DNA of 64,000 bases from an uncultured delta proteobacterium (GCA_963745025.1 CAVUWD010000019.1:160001-224000); one strand, 5' to 3'; shown: positions 44,109 through 54,258, counted from the first letter of the stretch. Program-made: numbers and translations. Notes: generated from the letters alone by a model not told the origin.

Positions 44109-44909
44109 ATGGAGCGGCACCTTCAGGTAGCAATCGCGGCGGCACGAGCCGCAGGCGAGATCGCGATGCGCCATTTCCGTACCGGCGTGGCGGTCGAGAC
44201 CAAGGCCGATCGCTCGCCCGTCACTGAGGCCGACCGCGCCTGCGAGCGAAAGATCGTCGAGATTCTTCGCGGCGCATTCCCCGCTTACGGATTCTTTGGC
44301 GAAGAGTTCGGAGAGGAATCGGGTCGGACCACGAAGCGCTGGATCATCGACCCGATCGACGGGACGAAGAGCTTCGTGCGGGGCATCCCGTTCTTCGCGA
44401 CCCTCATCGGTCTCGAAGAAGACGGCGAAGTCACGGTAGGCGTGGTCCACGCGCCGGCCACGAGCGAGCTTCTCTATGCGACCCGAGGCGGCGGAGCCTA
44501 CGACGAGGCGGGCAAGCGTTTGCGCGTGAGCGACGTCGACCGGCTCTCGGCCGCGATGGTGAGCTTCGGCGGTCTCAAGATCTTCCGGCGCGGCCGTTGG
44601 TCGGCCTTCGAGCGGCTCGTCGAGGCGACCGCGCGCCAGCGGGGTTACGGCGACTATCTCGGCAGCACGGCGGTCATCCGCGGCTGGAGCGAGGCCATGC
44701 TGGAGCTCGACGTCAAGCCCTGGGACCTGGCCCCGCTCAAGATCCTCGTCGAGGAGGCGGGTGGCCGTCTGACGGATTTTTCCGGGCAGGTTACGATCTA
44801 CGGCGGCTCAGCCGTCGTCACCAACGGTAGGATCCACGATCAGGTGCTCGAGATCCTCGACGCGACGGCTCCGCCGAATCTCGTCAACCGTAGCGACGCT
44901 CGAGCTTGA
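44109..44909 (+). CDS. hisN: Inositol monophosphatase family protein, histidinol-phosphatase-like
   Basis: K.D.SPVT.AD, GEE, WIIDPIDGTKSFVRG.P, RGYGD, WDLA. Confidence 0.75.
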   Translation: MERHLQVAIAAARAAGEIAMRHFRTGVAVETKADRSPVTEADRACERKIVEILRGAFPAYGFFGEEFGEESGRTTKRWIIDPIDGTKSFVRGIPFFATLIGLEEDGEVTVGVVHAPATSELLYATRGGGAYDEAGKRLRVSDVDRLSAAMVSFGGLKIFRRGRWSAFERLVEATARQRGYGDYLGSTAVIRGWSEAMLELDVKPWDLAPLKILVEEAGGRLTDFSGQVTIYGGSAVVTNGRIHDQVLEILDATAPPNLVNRSDARA

Positions 44910-45423
44910 TCGAGCAGGTTCCCGCCTTGAGCCTGAGCGTGATCGACGTCCCCGCCTGCGCGACAGGAATCTTCATCTCCGCGCACGCTTCTTGCTGTTG
45001 GTCGGGCCCGAGGAAGCCACGGAACGCGAACACGACGACCTCTTCTGCCTGCGTGTCGATCTCGACGACGAAAGGTCCCGGCTTGACCAACTTGGCTTCG
45101 CCGAGAAATCGTCCCGGACATTTCGGGAAGAAGAAGAGCTGCGGCGAGCACGCTTCGTAGACCGCCACCCCGAGAGGCATGTGCTGAAGCGTTGGGAACG
45201 TCTGCAGCGGACGGGGCTTGGCGGGCTTCGCGACCGACTCTCCCGATTGCGGCGTTGCGGCGGCACTCGGCATGGAGGGAGTCGGCGTAGGCTCGACGAC
45301 GTCCTCGACCATCCCGATCAGCCGGATGCTCTCGCGAGGGGCTTTGAGGGCCGGCGTGCACGCGATGGCGCCAGCGAAAAGCACAACCGCCGCTACCCCG
45401 ACGCTCTTCTCCCGCAACGTCAT
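44884..45423 (-). CDS. Hypothetical lipoprotein
   Basis: Hydrophobic leader ending in AIAC, Pro-rich linker, paired Cys; follows the small ORF upstream. Confidence 0.55.
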   Translation of the reverse strand: MTLREKSVGVAAVVLFAGAIACTPALKAPRESIRLIGMVEDVVEPTPTPSMPSAAATPQSGESVAKPAKPRPLQTFPTLQHMPLGVAVYEACSPQLFFFPKCPGRFLGEAKLVKPGPFVVEIDTQAEEVVVFAFRGFLGPDQQQEACAEMKIPVAQAGTSITLRLKAGTCSIKLERRYG

Positions 45424-45433
45424 TCGGATGAGA

Positions 45434-45655
45434 TCAGGAAGCCGCGCGACGAACCGGTTTGCGCTTCGTGTCGTCGCTCGAGCCGAAGAGATTCGTCATC
45501 GCGTCTTTGAGGCTCTCATAGCAGGGCCGGCACATCTCGGAGCGCCAGTTCCAAGCGGCGAGGCTCGGCCGCTCGCGGCTCTCGACGGTAACTTCGATGA
45601 GGTCGTCGGGTCCTTCGACCTCCGTATTACAACGATCGCAGTAGAAGCGGACCAT
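45434..45655 (-). CDS. Small Zn-ribbon-like protein
   Basis: AGGAG RBS; MVRFYCDRC...EMCRPC followed by an amphipathic helix. Confidence 0.7.
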   Translation of the reverse strand: MVRFYCDRCNTEVEGPDDLIEVTVESRERPSLAAWNWRSEMCRPCYESLKDAMTNLFGSSDDTKRKPVRRAAS

Positions 45656-45873
45656 GCTTTTTCTCCTCGCGCCGACCGGCCTACTCATGCCGCAAATTCG
45701 CGGGAAAGGGAACTGTGGGGCGTATTCTCATCGCGTTGGACGATGGCTCTTGGCAGGCCGCTCACCGTGAAGCCGTTGGGGGGCTAGAAATATCGCCGCC
45801 GCCGGCGCAGCGAGGCGGCAACCGAGCTTCTGGAGGGGAGGGGCGATCGCGAACGGTGTGGCGAAGTGCGCCG

Positions 45874-47097
45874 CTACGACAGCTCGCGGCTCGAGTACCC
45901 GAAGATGCGCCGAGCGACGATCAGCATGTTGATCTGCTGCGTCCCTTCAAAGATGTCGTTGATCTTCGCGTCGCGCATCCACTTCTCGACCAAGAGCGAG
46001 CGCGAGTAGCCGAGCGGGCCGAGGATTTCGACTGCCTTCTGAGTGATCTGCGTGACCGCGAGACCGGCCTTGGCCTTGGCCATCGAGGCTTCGAGATTGT
46101 TGGGTATGCCGCGGTCCATCATCCATGCGGCCCTCCAGGTGAGCAGGCGGGCGGCTTCGAGAAGCGTTTCCATCTCCATGAAGTCACGCTCGACGGCGGC
46201 GAGCTTCGAGGCGGGGATGCCGTAACGAATCGGGATTCCCTCCTTTTGCAGCGTCTCGCGTAGGAACTCGATCGTCGCTCGACCGATTCCGATTGCGCTC
46301 GCGGCCACGGCCGGTCGGGTCGCGTCGAAGGTGGCCATTACCCCCTTGAAGCCTTCGGAAGTCCTGGGGATCTCCGGGCTGCCGAGAATGTTGTCGAGCG
46401 GCACGCGGCAATCCTCGAGGATGAGCATCGCCGTGTCCGAGGCGCGTATGCCGAGCTTGTGCTCGAGCTTTGCGACGCCGATGCCCGGCGTGCCGTGCTC
46501 GACGATGAACGCTTTGATGCCGACGCGTCCGGCCGACTTGTCCACGGTCGCCCAGACCACCACGAAGCCTTCCGATTCGAGCAGCGCCTTGTGTCCCGCG
46601 GTGCAGAAGATCTTTGTGCCGTTCAGCACCCAGTGATCCCCGTCCCGCACCGCCGTCGTTTGGATCGCGGAGGAGTCCGAGCCACAGCCGGGCTCGGTGA
46701 TGGCCATCGCGGCCCACTTCGGCTTTCCGCTGCGGAACCGGGAGAGGAAGCGAGCCTTCTGCTCCGGAGTTCCCGCAGCGGCGACGGCGGCACCGCCGAG
46801 CCCGGGGCCTGCCATCGACAGATAGAGCCCGGCGTCGCCCCAAGACAGCTCCTCGATCGACACGGCGAGCTGGAGGTTGCGTTCGGGTGCGGGCCCATCC
46901 TCCTTCGTCGGCTTCTTTCCGGCTAGATTGGCGTCCGAGCCCTGCGTCGCTTGCCACATGAAATCGATGAAGTCCCAGGGAATCGTGTGCTCTTCCTCGT
47001 CGAATTGGCGGGACACGGGGCGCATGAACGCTTCGGCTGCCCCGTGAACCATCGCCTTCAGATTTTGGGCGGCCTCGGACAGCTCGAAATCGATCAT
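45874..47097 (-). CDS. Acyl-CoA dehydrogenase (FadE23-like)
   Basis: EELSWGD, AMAITEPGCGSD, LNGTKIF, KLGIRASDT, EKWMRDAKINDIFEGTQQI. Confidence 0.92.
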   Translation of the reverse strand: MIDFELSEAAQNLKAMVHGAAEAFMRPVSRQFDEEEHTIPWDFIDFMWQATQGSDANLAGKKPTKEDGPAPERNLQLAVSIEELSWGDAGLYLSMAGPGLGGAAVAAAGTPEQKARFLSRFRSGKPKWAAMAITEPGCGSDSSAIQTTAVRDGDHWVLNGTKIFCTAGHKALLESEGFVVVWATVDKSAGRVGIKAFIVEHGTPGIGVAKLEHKLGIRASDTAMLILEDCRVPLDNILGSPEIPRTSEGFKGVMATFDATRPAVAASAIGIGRATIEFLRETLQKEGIPIRYGIPASKLAAVERDFMEMETLLEAARLLTWRAAWMMDRGIPNNLEASMAKAKAGLAVTQITQKAVEILGPLGYSRSLLVEKWMRDAKINDIFEGTQQINMLIVARRIFGYSSRELS

Positions 47098-47129
47098 CGG
47101 GGTTCCTCCCTACCAATCGGTGCGGGGTC

Positions 47130-48260
47130 TCAAACGATCGCCATGCCCTCGAAGCTCGCGAAGCCTCGCGCGTTGCGAAGCCAGAGCTCGACGAGGTGGT
47201 CGCGGATGTAGCCGTGCCCGCCGAGGACCTGCACGGCATTGTCGGTGACTTTCAGCGCCATGTTCGCGGCGTAGTGCTTCGCGAGGTACGCCTCGCGGGT
47301 GGCGTCCTCGCCGCGGTCGAGCTTCCAGGCGGCTTCCCACACGAGCAGCCGCGTGGCATCGATCTCGATCGCCATCTCGGCAAGCATGAACGCGATCGCC
47401 TGCTTCTGTGCGATCGCGACGCCGAAGGCCCTCCGCTCCTTCGCGTAGTCGCGCGCATAGTCGAAGGCGGCGCGCGCCACACCCACCGCGAGCGCGCCGA
47501 GCGCGACCCGAGAGCAGTTCATGAGTCGCGCGAAATCGATGCCGCGATCGCCACCCAGCCGGCATTCCGCGCCGACGCGCACGTCGCTCAGCGTAATCTC
47601 GTGCGAGCGAAGCGCCTTGATCCCCATGTTCTTCTCCGGCGGGCCGATCTCGAGCCCCGGAGCGCCGCGCTCGACGAGGAACGCTCCCACCGCCCGATAG
47701 CCTTCAGCTGGGTTCTCGGACGGCGGTCGATCGGCGTGCCGCGCATAGACGAGCACGGTCTCCGAGCCGTCGGCGAGCGGCACGAACGCCTTTCGCCCGC
47801 GCAGCACGAAGCCATTCTTCTCCGCGATCGCGGTGGTCGTCAACGCGGAGAGGTCGAAGTGAAGGCTCGGCTCCACGACGGCGGCGGTCGCCGCGCGGAA
47901 CTCCGCCTGTGTGAAGGCAGGCAGGAGACGCTTCTTCTGGTCTTCGGTTCCATGCTCGAGAAGCGGGTGGACGAGGAGGCGGGGGGCAAGCACGTGGAGC
48001 GCGATCGACAGATCGCCGTAACCGAGCTCCTCGAGCACGATCGCGCCAGTGAGCGCGGAACGGGCATCGCCGAAGCCTCCGTAGGACTCGGGGATCACGC
48101 CGGCCACGAGCCCGAGCTTCCACGCCTTGGCGACTACCGATTCCGGAGCCTCTCCCCGTTCGTCTGCGTCGCGCGCCAGCGGGCGTATCTGCTCGATGGC
48201 GAACGCGGCGACAGTCTCCTGGAGGAGTCTCTGATCTTCGCTGAGCTCGAAGCTGACCAT
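47130..48260 (-). CDS. Acyl-CoA dehydrogenase (FadE24-like partner)
   Basis: EELGYGD, LRGRKAFVP, ERRAFGVAIAQKQAIAF, VQVLGGHGYIRDH.VE.W.R. Confidence 0.9.
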   Translation of the reverse strand: MVSFELSEDQRLLQETVAAFAIEQIRPLARDADERGEAPESVVAKAWKLGLVAGVIPESYGGFGDARSALTGAIVLEELGYGDLSIALHVLAPRLLVHPLLEHGTEDQKKRLLPAFTQAEFRAATAAVVEPSLHFDLSALTTTAIAEKNGFVLRGRKAFVPLADGSETVLVYARHADRPPSENPAEGYRAVGAFLVERGAPGLEIGPPEKNMGIKALRSHEITLSDVRVGAECRLGGDRGIDFARLMNCSRVALGALAVGVARAAFDYARDYAKERRAFGVAIAQKQAIAFMLAEMAIEIDATRLLVWEAAWKLDRGEDATREAYLAKHYAANMALKVTDNAVQVLGGHGYIRDHLVELWLRNARGFASFEGMAIV

Positions 48261-48349
48261 CGATTCACTCCTGTGTCGGTTCGTTGCGTGAGGTCTTGCT
48301 CGGTCGACGGGCGCGGCCTGCGCCGAGCCAGATCGAGAACTGTTCGGTC

Positions 48350-48496
48350 GCCGCGTGCATCGTCGGGAAACAGGCCCTTGGTCTGGCGGACGCGCACAGT
48401 ATTGGCGAGGAACTCGTGGAAGCGACGCATCATCTACCGGAAGCGCTCAGACAGAGCCGCGTGGGTATCGGGAGCTTCGACCGTCGGCGTGACCAT
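48350..48496 (-). pseudogene. Possible remnant of a TetR-family C-terminal domain, with an in-frame TAG
   Basis: EAPDTHAALSERFR*MMRRFHEFLANTVRVRQTKGLFPDD resembles TetR C-terminal helices. No HTH upstream. Confidence 0.3.
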
Positions 48497-48599
48497 GAAC
48501 CGTCGATGATGGCTGCGGGTTGCCTGCTCGACGCACGTGTCGGCGCCGGCGTGGAGCGCCGCTGCGCGATGTGTCAACGCAAAATCCTCGAGGTGCAGC

Positions 48600-49352
48600 T
48601 CAATTCCGGAAGATCCTCCGAACCTGCTCGGACGAAGCCGTGGCGCGCAGCAGCACGCCCGGGGCGGCATCGCCGGGAGGGGCCATGAAATCGCCCGGAC
48701 CACGGTACTGAAGCACTGCGTGGGGCAAGGCCTCGGCGAACCAGTAGGTGGCGTCTCCTGCGGTGCCGCTCTTCGGGCGAACCCGCAGCCGGAGCGCTGG
48801 CACGCGGGTGCCGAGCACCTCGAGCGTCTCTTTACCATCGAAGGCGACCTCTACCGGCACCGCGGAATTCCGCAGCCAGACGTGGATCGGAACAGGAGGA
48901 TGGTCCGCGGTGAAGCTCGAGAGCGCGGTGCAGAGCGCGAGATAGGTATAGGTGTCGGCCGGAACTTGCGCGGGCTCGCCCGTCAGCGGGTTCGAGCCCC
49001 CGGACTGGAAGACGACCGTGGTTTCTTCCGGTGTCTCGAGGTGACGGTGAATGCGATGGAAGCCGAGCATGCGCATGCGACCTCCCTCCTCGGCGAGAAG
49101 CAGGATGGTTTCGCGACGGTCGCCGTTGGCAAGCGGCAGGGTCATGCTCGTCTTGCGGTAGTTCTGCCCGTTAACCGTGGCCTCCTCCGTTTGCAGCCGG
49201 CCGCTCTCGATCTCGCGCAAGCTCTCCGGGAGGGCCTGCGCTCCGCCAGCCGGCAGGATCTCGAAGTTGACCCACAGCGAGCGCTCGGGAGGCAAGGGCG
49301 AGAGCGGCAGTAGCTCGGCCAAGGCGGGGGTGCAGGAGAGGGCCGACGCCAT
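48600..49352 (-). CDS. Hypothetical exported protein (DUF3108-like beta-rich)
   Basis: Signal-like N-terminus; ETLEVLGTRVPALRLRVRP...ATYWF...VLQYRGP. Start is uncertain and may be near 49388. Confidence 0.55.
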   Translation of the reverse strand: MASALSCTPALAELLPLSPLPPERSLWVNFEILPAGGAQALPESLREIESGRLQTEEATVNGQNYRKTSMTLPLANGDRRETILLLAEEGGRMRMLGFHRIHRHLETPEETTVVFQSGGSNPLTGEPAQVPADTYTYLALCTALSSFTADHPPVPIHVWLRNSAVPVEVAFDGKETLEVLGTRVPALRLRVRPKSGTAGDATYWFAEALPHAVLQYRGPGDFMAPPGDAAPGVLLRATASSEQVRRIFRN

Positions 49353-49384
49353 CGCGAGCCAGACGAGAGCGAACGAAGCTCGCT

Positions 49385-50138
49385 TCAGTCGTGACCCCCT
49401 CCGTCGCGGAACGACACGAGCTCCAGCGTGGTGACGGGTCTCGCCCGCTCTTTGGCGTGAACTTCGCTCTTCACGAGCCCGACGCCCGGCGCATACCAGT
49501 CGGCGTAGCGGAACGTCACCTCGTCTTGCGGCGAGCGCATCGAGCGCGACGCCAGAACGCCCTCCAAACGGAGGCATCCGGGGAAGATTCCCGCGCGCAC
49601 ACGCACCACCTCGGCACGCGGTTGCGCGACCGGAACCATCAGCGCCCGGTATCCGCTCCCGGCGTCGGCGCGCAAGATGTCGAAGTCGCTTTCCCACTCG
49701 CGATGCTCGTTCGGGTCTGCCGGCGGCACCTTCTCTCCTCCTTTGCCGAGAGAAAGCTCACGGAGCTCGCCGCCGACGTCGTAGTTCAGTGCCGAAAACT
49801 TATAGAGAAATGGACCGCGACGGTAGTAGACGATGGAATGCAGACCGACGTCGAGATCGAATTCACCGCGTACCCCCAAGCGCTCGAGCACAACCCGACC
49901 TTCGGCATCCCGAACCTGATGGACTCCAGAGCGTGCCGGGATCCAGCGGGAAGAATTCGCCGCGGTGGGCGATCCCGTTGGCCGGGCTAGACCGCAGATC
50001 CGCGCAGCCGCAGAGCCCAGCGGCCGTCCACAGAAAAGCAATCGGGATCCAGAGCCGCAGGTGTATGGAACCTCCCGTTCGGTCCCCGCCGCAGCGGGCT
50101 GAGGCTCGAACGATACGCAGGCAATCGAATCGAGGCAA
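49385..50138 (-). CDS. Hypothetical lipoprotein, DUF3108/TapB-like (frameshift near 49922)
   Basis: LCGC lipobox, FFPLDPGTLW, VRVRAGIFPGCLR, WYAPGVGLVK. Start is uncertain. Confidence 0.55.
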
Positions 50139-50199
50139 TCGGATCGATTGACCGAAGCGGGCCGGCGCGCCTATGGTACGCCTCGACTAGGCGGCTTTC

Positions 50200-50751
50200 A
50201 TGCATCTCACGCGATTGCTGGGCGTGATCGTGTTGATCGCCGCGGGATCCGGGCCCGCGCGCGCGGACATCTTCGTCTGGCGTGACGCCGCGGGGGTCAG
50301 TCACTACACGAACGACCTGGCGAACGTACCGCCGGAGTACCGGGCGGAAGCGATGACCGTGGCGAAGGACTGGGCGCGGGCGGCGCCTCCGCCCGAGCCG
50401 GTCGCGATGCCGGCAGTGGCGACCGTCGCGGTGAATCCGGGCGCTCTGCCAGCGGCCCGCGATGGTTACGAGGCGGCGTACCTCGCGGGATTTCGTGCTG
50501 GCAAGCATGGCGAACCCGCGTACGGCGGTCCTCCAGCTAGCGCAGCTTCGGTGGCGCAGAACGAGGAGGTCCCGCCGCAGAGCGGCGTGGTCGCAGATCG
50601 TCTCGTGCCGGTGCTGGTCGATCGGCGCCAGTCGCGAGCGCCCCAGCGCGATGCGAGCCGAGACGACGACCTTCGTGATCGGTTCTCACCCTCGGAGCCC
50701 TCACCGTTTCTGCAGGGCCCGGCCGGCTCCCCGCCGGTCTCTGCCCGCTGA
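50200..50751 (+). CDS. DUF4124 domain protein
   Basis: Signal peptide followed by ADIFVWRDAAGVSHYTND...VPPEYR. Confidence 0.8.
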   Translation: MHLTRLLGVIVLIAAGSGPARADIFVWRDAAGVSHYTNDLANVPPEYRAEAMTVAKDWARAAPPPEPVAMPAVATVAVNPGALPAARDGYEAAYLAGFRAGKHGEPAYGGPPASAASVAQNEEVPPQSGVVADRLVPVLVDRRQSRAPQRDASRDDDLRDRFSPSEPSPFLQGPAGSPPVSAR

Positions 50752-50868
50752 CGAGTTCGCTTCGCGAATCGTCAGCCGGCTACTGGAGATGGCCGGCAGC
50801 TGCAGCAAGTGGAGGAAGGTCCCGCCCTGTTGAGGACGGCCCGCCAAGTCAACGCTGCGCAGGGTGAC

Positions 50869-51585
50869 TCAGGGGAAGATACGGAAGATACGGAAGATAC
50901 GATCGACGAGCTGGTCGAGGTGGGTGATCACGGCCGCACTCGACACGCCGCGGCGATCGAGCTGCAGGGCGGCGAGCCCCGCCTCCGTTGCGGCGCGACG
51001 GTCGAGTGGCTCGGAGTCGCCGACGTGCAGCGTTGCGGCGCCCGGGGTGGCGATCGCGCAAAGGGCTGCCTCGAAGATTCGGCGATCGGGCTTTGCGAAC
51101 CCGCACTCGCTGGACAGCACGACCGCGTCGAACGCCGAGGCGAGACCGAGCGCATCAAGAAGGCGTCGCAAGCGGCCGTCGAAGTTCGAGACGACCCCGA
51201 GTCGTAGACCGCGGTCGCGAAGCAGGCGGAGCACGGGCTTCACGTCCGCGTAGGTGCGCCACGCTGCGGCCGTGGCGTAATGTTCGAAGACGCCGGCGAA
51301 GGCGCTGTCGAGCGCCACGGGTGACGTGTCGACGCGCGCGCGCGCAAACGCATCGAAAACCAAGCGTCTCCACCACGCGCGCTCCAACGACGCCAACTCA
51401 CCGGCTGGGGCATGCGGAAATGCGAGCGGTGTCGATGCGGCGAAGGCGGCGCGGAAGGCGTCGTCGAGCACGAGCGGCTCGGCCGAAACCCCCTCCTGGC
51501 GGGCGAATCGTGCGTAGGTCTCCCCGACGGGCTCGGCGACGTCGAACAGCGTTCCGGCGGCGTCGAAGAGGACCGTACGGATCAC
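50869..51585 (-). CDS. HAD-IA family hydrolase (REG-2-like)
   Basis: FDAAGTL, VVSNFD.RL, KPD.RIF, HVGDS..D. Confidence 0.88.
   Translation of the reverse strand: MIRTVLFDAAGTLFDVAEPVGETYARFARQEGVSAEPLVLDDAFRAAFAASTPLAFPHAPAGELASLERAWWRRLVFDAFARARVDTSPVALDSAFAGVFEHYATAAAWRTYADVKPVLRLLRDRGLRLGVVSNFDGRLRRLLDALGLASAFDAVVLSSECGFAKPDRRIFEAALCAIATPGAATLHVGDSEPLDRRAATEAGLAALQLDRRGVSSAAVITHLDQLVDRIFRIFRIFP
50875..50901. repeat. 9-bp tandem repeat (GAAGATACG x3) encoding RIFRIFRIF at the HAD C-terminus
   Basis: Directly visible in the sequence. Confidence 0.85.
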
Positions 51586-52490
51586 GTCGCGAGCTCGAAT
51601 CCCTGCACCCAGTCCTCGACCGGCACCTGCCAGAACTGGATCAGCACGCCGAATGCGGACCGCGGGTGCAGAAAGGCGGTTCGCCGGCCTGGTGCGAAGT
51701 CGAAGCGGTCGACGATCGCGGCTCCGGCGCGTTCGAATGGGGCGAGCGCGGCGTCCAGATCCTCGACGTCGATCGACAGATGATGCATCCCTTCCCCGCG
51801 TCGAGCGAGGAAGCGCGAGAGAAAGCTCTCGGGCCGCGCCGGTTCCATCAACTCGAGGCGGTAGTCGCGAAGTCGCATCTGTAACAGCCGAAAGCTCCGG
51901 TCGTAGCCGAGATGCGGCTCGACCTCGAGGCGGCCGGCGAAGTGGCGTTCGAAGAAGGCGAGGGCGGGCCCGACGCGCTCGAGGGCGAGAGAGAGATGGT
52001 CTACCTGCCAGCGCACGCCGTTCTTGGCGACGATTCCGCCAGTGCTCGGGGCCTCGAGCGCGGCGGAGTCCTGTTGCTGCCAGAATTGGATCAGCGTCCC
52101 GAATGCCGAGCGCGGATGAACGAACGCGGTCTTGTGGCCGTCTCCTTCATCGAAACGGTCGACGATCCGAACCCCGTCGGACTCGAGTCGCTCGAGCTGC
52201 GGATCGAGCCGCTCGATCTCGAAGGACAGATGATGAAATCCCTCACCACGCTTGGCGAGGAACCGCTCGACGAAGCTCGCGGGGCGAGCGCTCTCGATGA
52301 GCTCGATCTTGAAGCTCCCGATCGTGAAGTCCGTCCAGGAGAATTCCGGCCGCTCGCCGTATCCGACCCGCTCCGGCTCGTTCAACCGAGCCGGAAAATA
52401 CTCGAGAAAGAAGTCAAGCGCCTGATTGATCGAGCGGACGGCGATCGATACGTGGTCGACGCGCAAATTGGGAACGCTCGGCGAGGTCAT
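51582..52490 (-). CDS. Tandem two-domain VOC protein (methylmalonyl-CoA epimerase-like)
   Basis: Two repeats of VDH.S.A ... ELIE/ELME ... RFLA.RGEG.HHLS ... TAF.HPRSAFG.LIQFWQ. Confidence 0.85.
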   Translation of the reverse strand: MTSPSVPNLRVDHVSIAVRSINQALDFFLEYFPARLNEPERVGYGERPEFSWTDFTIGSFKIELIESARPASFVERFLAKRGEGFHHLSFEIERLDPQLERLESDGVRIVDRFDEGDGHKTAFVHPRSAFGTLIQFWQQQDSAALEAPSTGGIVAKNGVRWQVDHLSLALERVGPALAFFERHFAGRLEVEPHLGYDRSFRLLQMRLRDYRLELMEPARPESFLSRFLARRGEGMHHLSIDVEDLDAALAPFERAGAAIVDRFDFAPGRRTAFLHPRSAFGVLIQFWQVPVEDWVQGFELAT

Positions 52491-52581
52491 CCAGCGAACG
52501 CTAGGGGAGGCACCGGGTCGAGTCAATTCAGGTCCGTCGCTTGACTTCTTGCAAAGGCCAGTGACGCTGTCGGTAGCGCCA

Positions 52582-53340
52582 ATGAGCCTCGATCGAGTGC
52601 GAGTCGTGCTGGTCCGCGCAAAGAGCCCCGGGAACGTCGGGTCGGTCGCGCGAGCGATGAAGAACATGGGGCTCTCGGACCTCCGCGTGGTGGCGCCGCG
52701 ACGGTATCGGGCACGCTCGGCAGCGGCGATGGCCGTGCACGCGTCGGACGTGCTCGAGCGCGCGAAACGGTGCGCGTCGCTCGGGGAAGCGATCGCTGAT
52801 TGCGGCTGGGTCGTCGGTACGACGTGCCGGCCCGGTCCCTATCGGGCACGCGCGTTGACCCCGCGCGAGGCCGCGCCGCAGATCCTCTCGGTGCTCTCCG
52901 GGAATCGCGTCGCGCTCGTATTCGGTCCGGAAGATCATGGTCTCTCGAACGACGAGCTCAAGCTCTGCCACGAGCTCGTCACGGTCCCTACCGACTCCGG
53001 CTATCCTTCGCTGAATCTCGCCCAGGCGGTGCTCGTTTGCCTCTACGAGCTGATGCTCGCTCGGCACCCGTGCCGCTCGCCGGCTCGGGCGCTGGCGACC
53101 TCGGATCGCCTCGAGCGCATGTACGCGAACCTCGGCCACGCGCTCGTCCGCATCGGCTTCCTCCACGGAACGAACCCCGAGCACATCATGTTCACGGTGC
53201 GCCGCATCTTCGGGCGCGCGCGGCTCGATGCGCGCGAGGTCGCGATCTGGCTCGGGATCGCGCGGCAGATCGAGTGGTTCGCCGAAGCGGGTCGAGGCGT
53301 CGTCGAGGAGAAGCTGAAGAAGGGAATTCGCCTGAAGTAG
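52582..53340 (+). CDS. trmJ: TrmJ/TrmH-family RNA 2'-O-methyltransferase
   Basis: PGNVGSVARAMKNMG, LVFGPEDHGLSN.EL, SLNLAQAV. Confidence 0.85.
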   Translation: MSLDRVRVVLVRAKSPGNVGSVARAMKNMGLSDLRVVAPRRYRARSAAAMAVHASDVLERAKRCASLGEAIADCGWVVGTTCRPGPYRARALTPREAAPQILSVLSGNRVALVFGPEDHGLSNDELKLCHELVTVPTDSGYPSLNLAQAVLVCLYELMLARHPCRSPARALATSDRLERMYANLGHALVRIGFLHGTNPEHIMFTVRRIFGRARLDAREVAIWLGIARQIEWFAEAGRGVVEEKLKKGIRLK

Positions 53341-53355
53341 ACGCTGGCGCCCGGC

Positions 53356-53832
53356 TCAGCGCGCGGCGGGCGCCGTGCTGGCGCAGCGAATCGTGAATTG
53401 ATCGCCGTCCGTCGAGTACTGGAGCGGCTTGCCGCTCACCGGATCGAACGGTACCCGATCGACGTACGGCCCGACGAGCTCTGCGAGCGTCGCGGGGGGA
53501 TGGCCATGGTCTGCGACGTAGGCGACGACCTCCCAGTAGGCCCGATTGGTCGCGGCGGTGCAGGTTTTCGGTCGTGAGGCTTGCGCCGCCAGTGGCCTCG
53601 TCGCGACGGCTTGCTTTTGGCGCTCGTAAAGATAGACGAAGAGGGCCGTCTCCAGGGTGATCAGCACCAAGCCGAGGCGGATGAACGTACGAATCGGTCT
53701 CTGCTCGCCGCGTTTGCGTAACTCCTCTTCGGCACGGAGGTCTTCTTCTCTCGCCTGCCGAGCGAGTTGATGGATCGCCTTGCCAAAGTCCGGGGGGAGG
53801 GGGCCACCCGGGGGCGGAGGGGTGAGGCTCAT
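53356..53832 (-). CDS. Single-TM protein with a GspG/pseudopilin-like C-terminal domain
   Basis: One TM helix; Y..DHGHPPATLAELVGPYVDRVPFDPVSGKPLQY resembles the GspG globular domain. Confidence 0.55.
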   Translation of the reverse strand: MSLTPPPPGGPLPPDFGKAIHQLARQAREEDLRAEEELRKRGEQRPIRTFIRLGLVLITLETALFVYLYERQKQAVATRPLAAQASRPKTCTAATNRAYWEVVAYVADHGHPPATLAELVGPYVDRVPFDPVSGKPLQYSTDGDQFTIRCASTAPAAR

Positions 53833-53862
53833 GCCGTCATTGTTCCGTCGGGGCAACATGGA

Positions 53863-54258
53863 TCAGGTGCAGGCGCCGGACGTCACGGCGAAGACGCCGT
53901 TCTCGAGCTTGAAGCAGTCGCCGCCCACCTGATAGGTCTTGATGACGTACTCGTTCGGGGCGGGGAACTCGATCGTTCCGAAGGTGCCCGGAGACGTCTT
54001 TCCTCCCGGAATCGCCGGCTGCCCACCGGTGTCGAGTACAGGGCCGCCGTTGCCGGTGAACGGAGAAATGACGGGTGGCGAGGGTTGGGTCGAGACCATG
54101 TCCACGCCAGGGGCCAGTGCCCGCGCATCGCTCGCCGCGGTCGCGTTCAGTGCCGTGCTCTTGAACAAGCCGAAGTTCGAGAGAGCCAGGGTGGCGAGAA
54201 TTGCGATGATCGCAACCACTAGCAGCAGCTCGACGATCGTGAACCCGGAGTCCTTCAT
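53863..54258 (-). CDS. Type IV pilin-like protein with prepilin cleavage/N-methylation motif
   Basis: GGGAGGGAG RBS; MKDSG|FTIVELLLVVAIIAILATLAL; two C-terminal Cys. Confidence 0.9.
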   Translation of the reverse strand: MKDSGFTIVELLLVVAIIAILATLALSNFGLFKSTALNATAASDARALAPGVDMVSTQPSPPVISPFTGNGGPVLDTGGQPAIPGGKTSPGTFGTIEFPAPNEYVIKTYQVGGDCFKLENGVFAVTSGACT

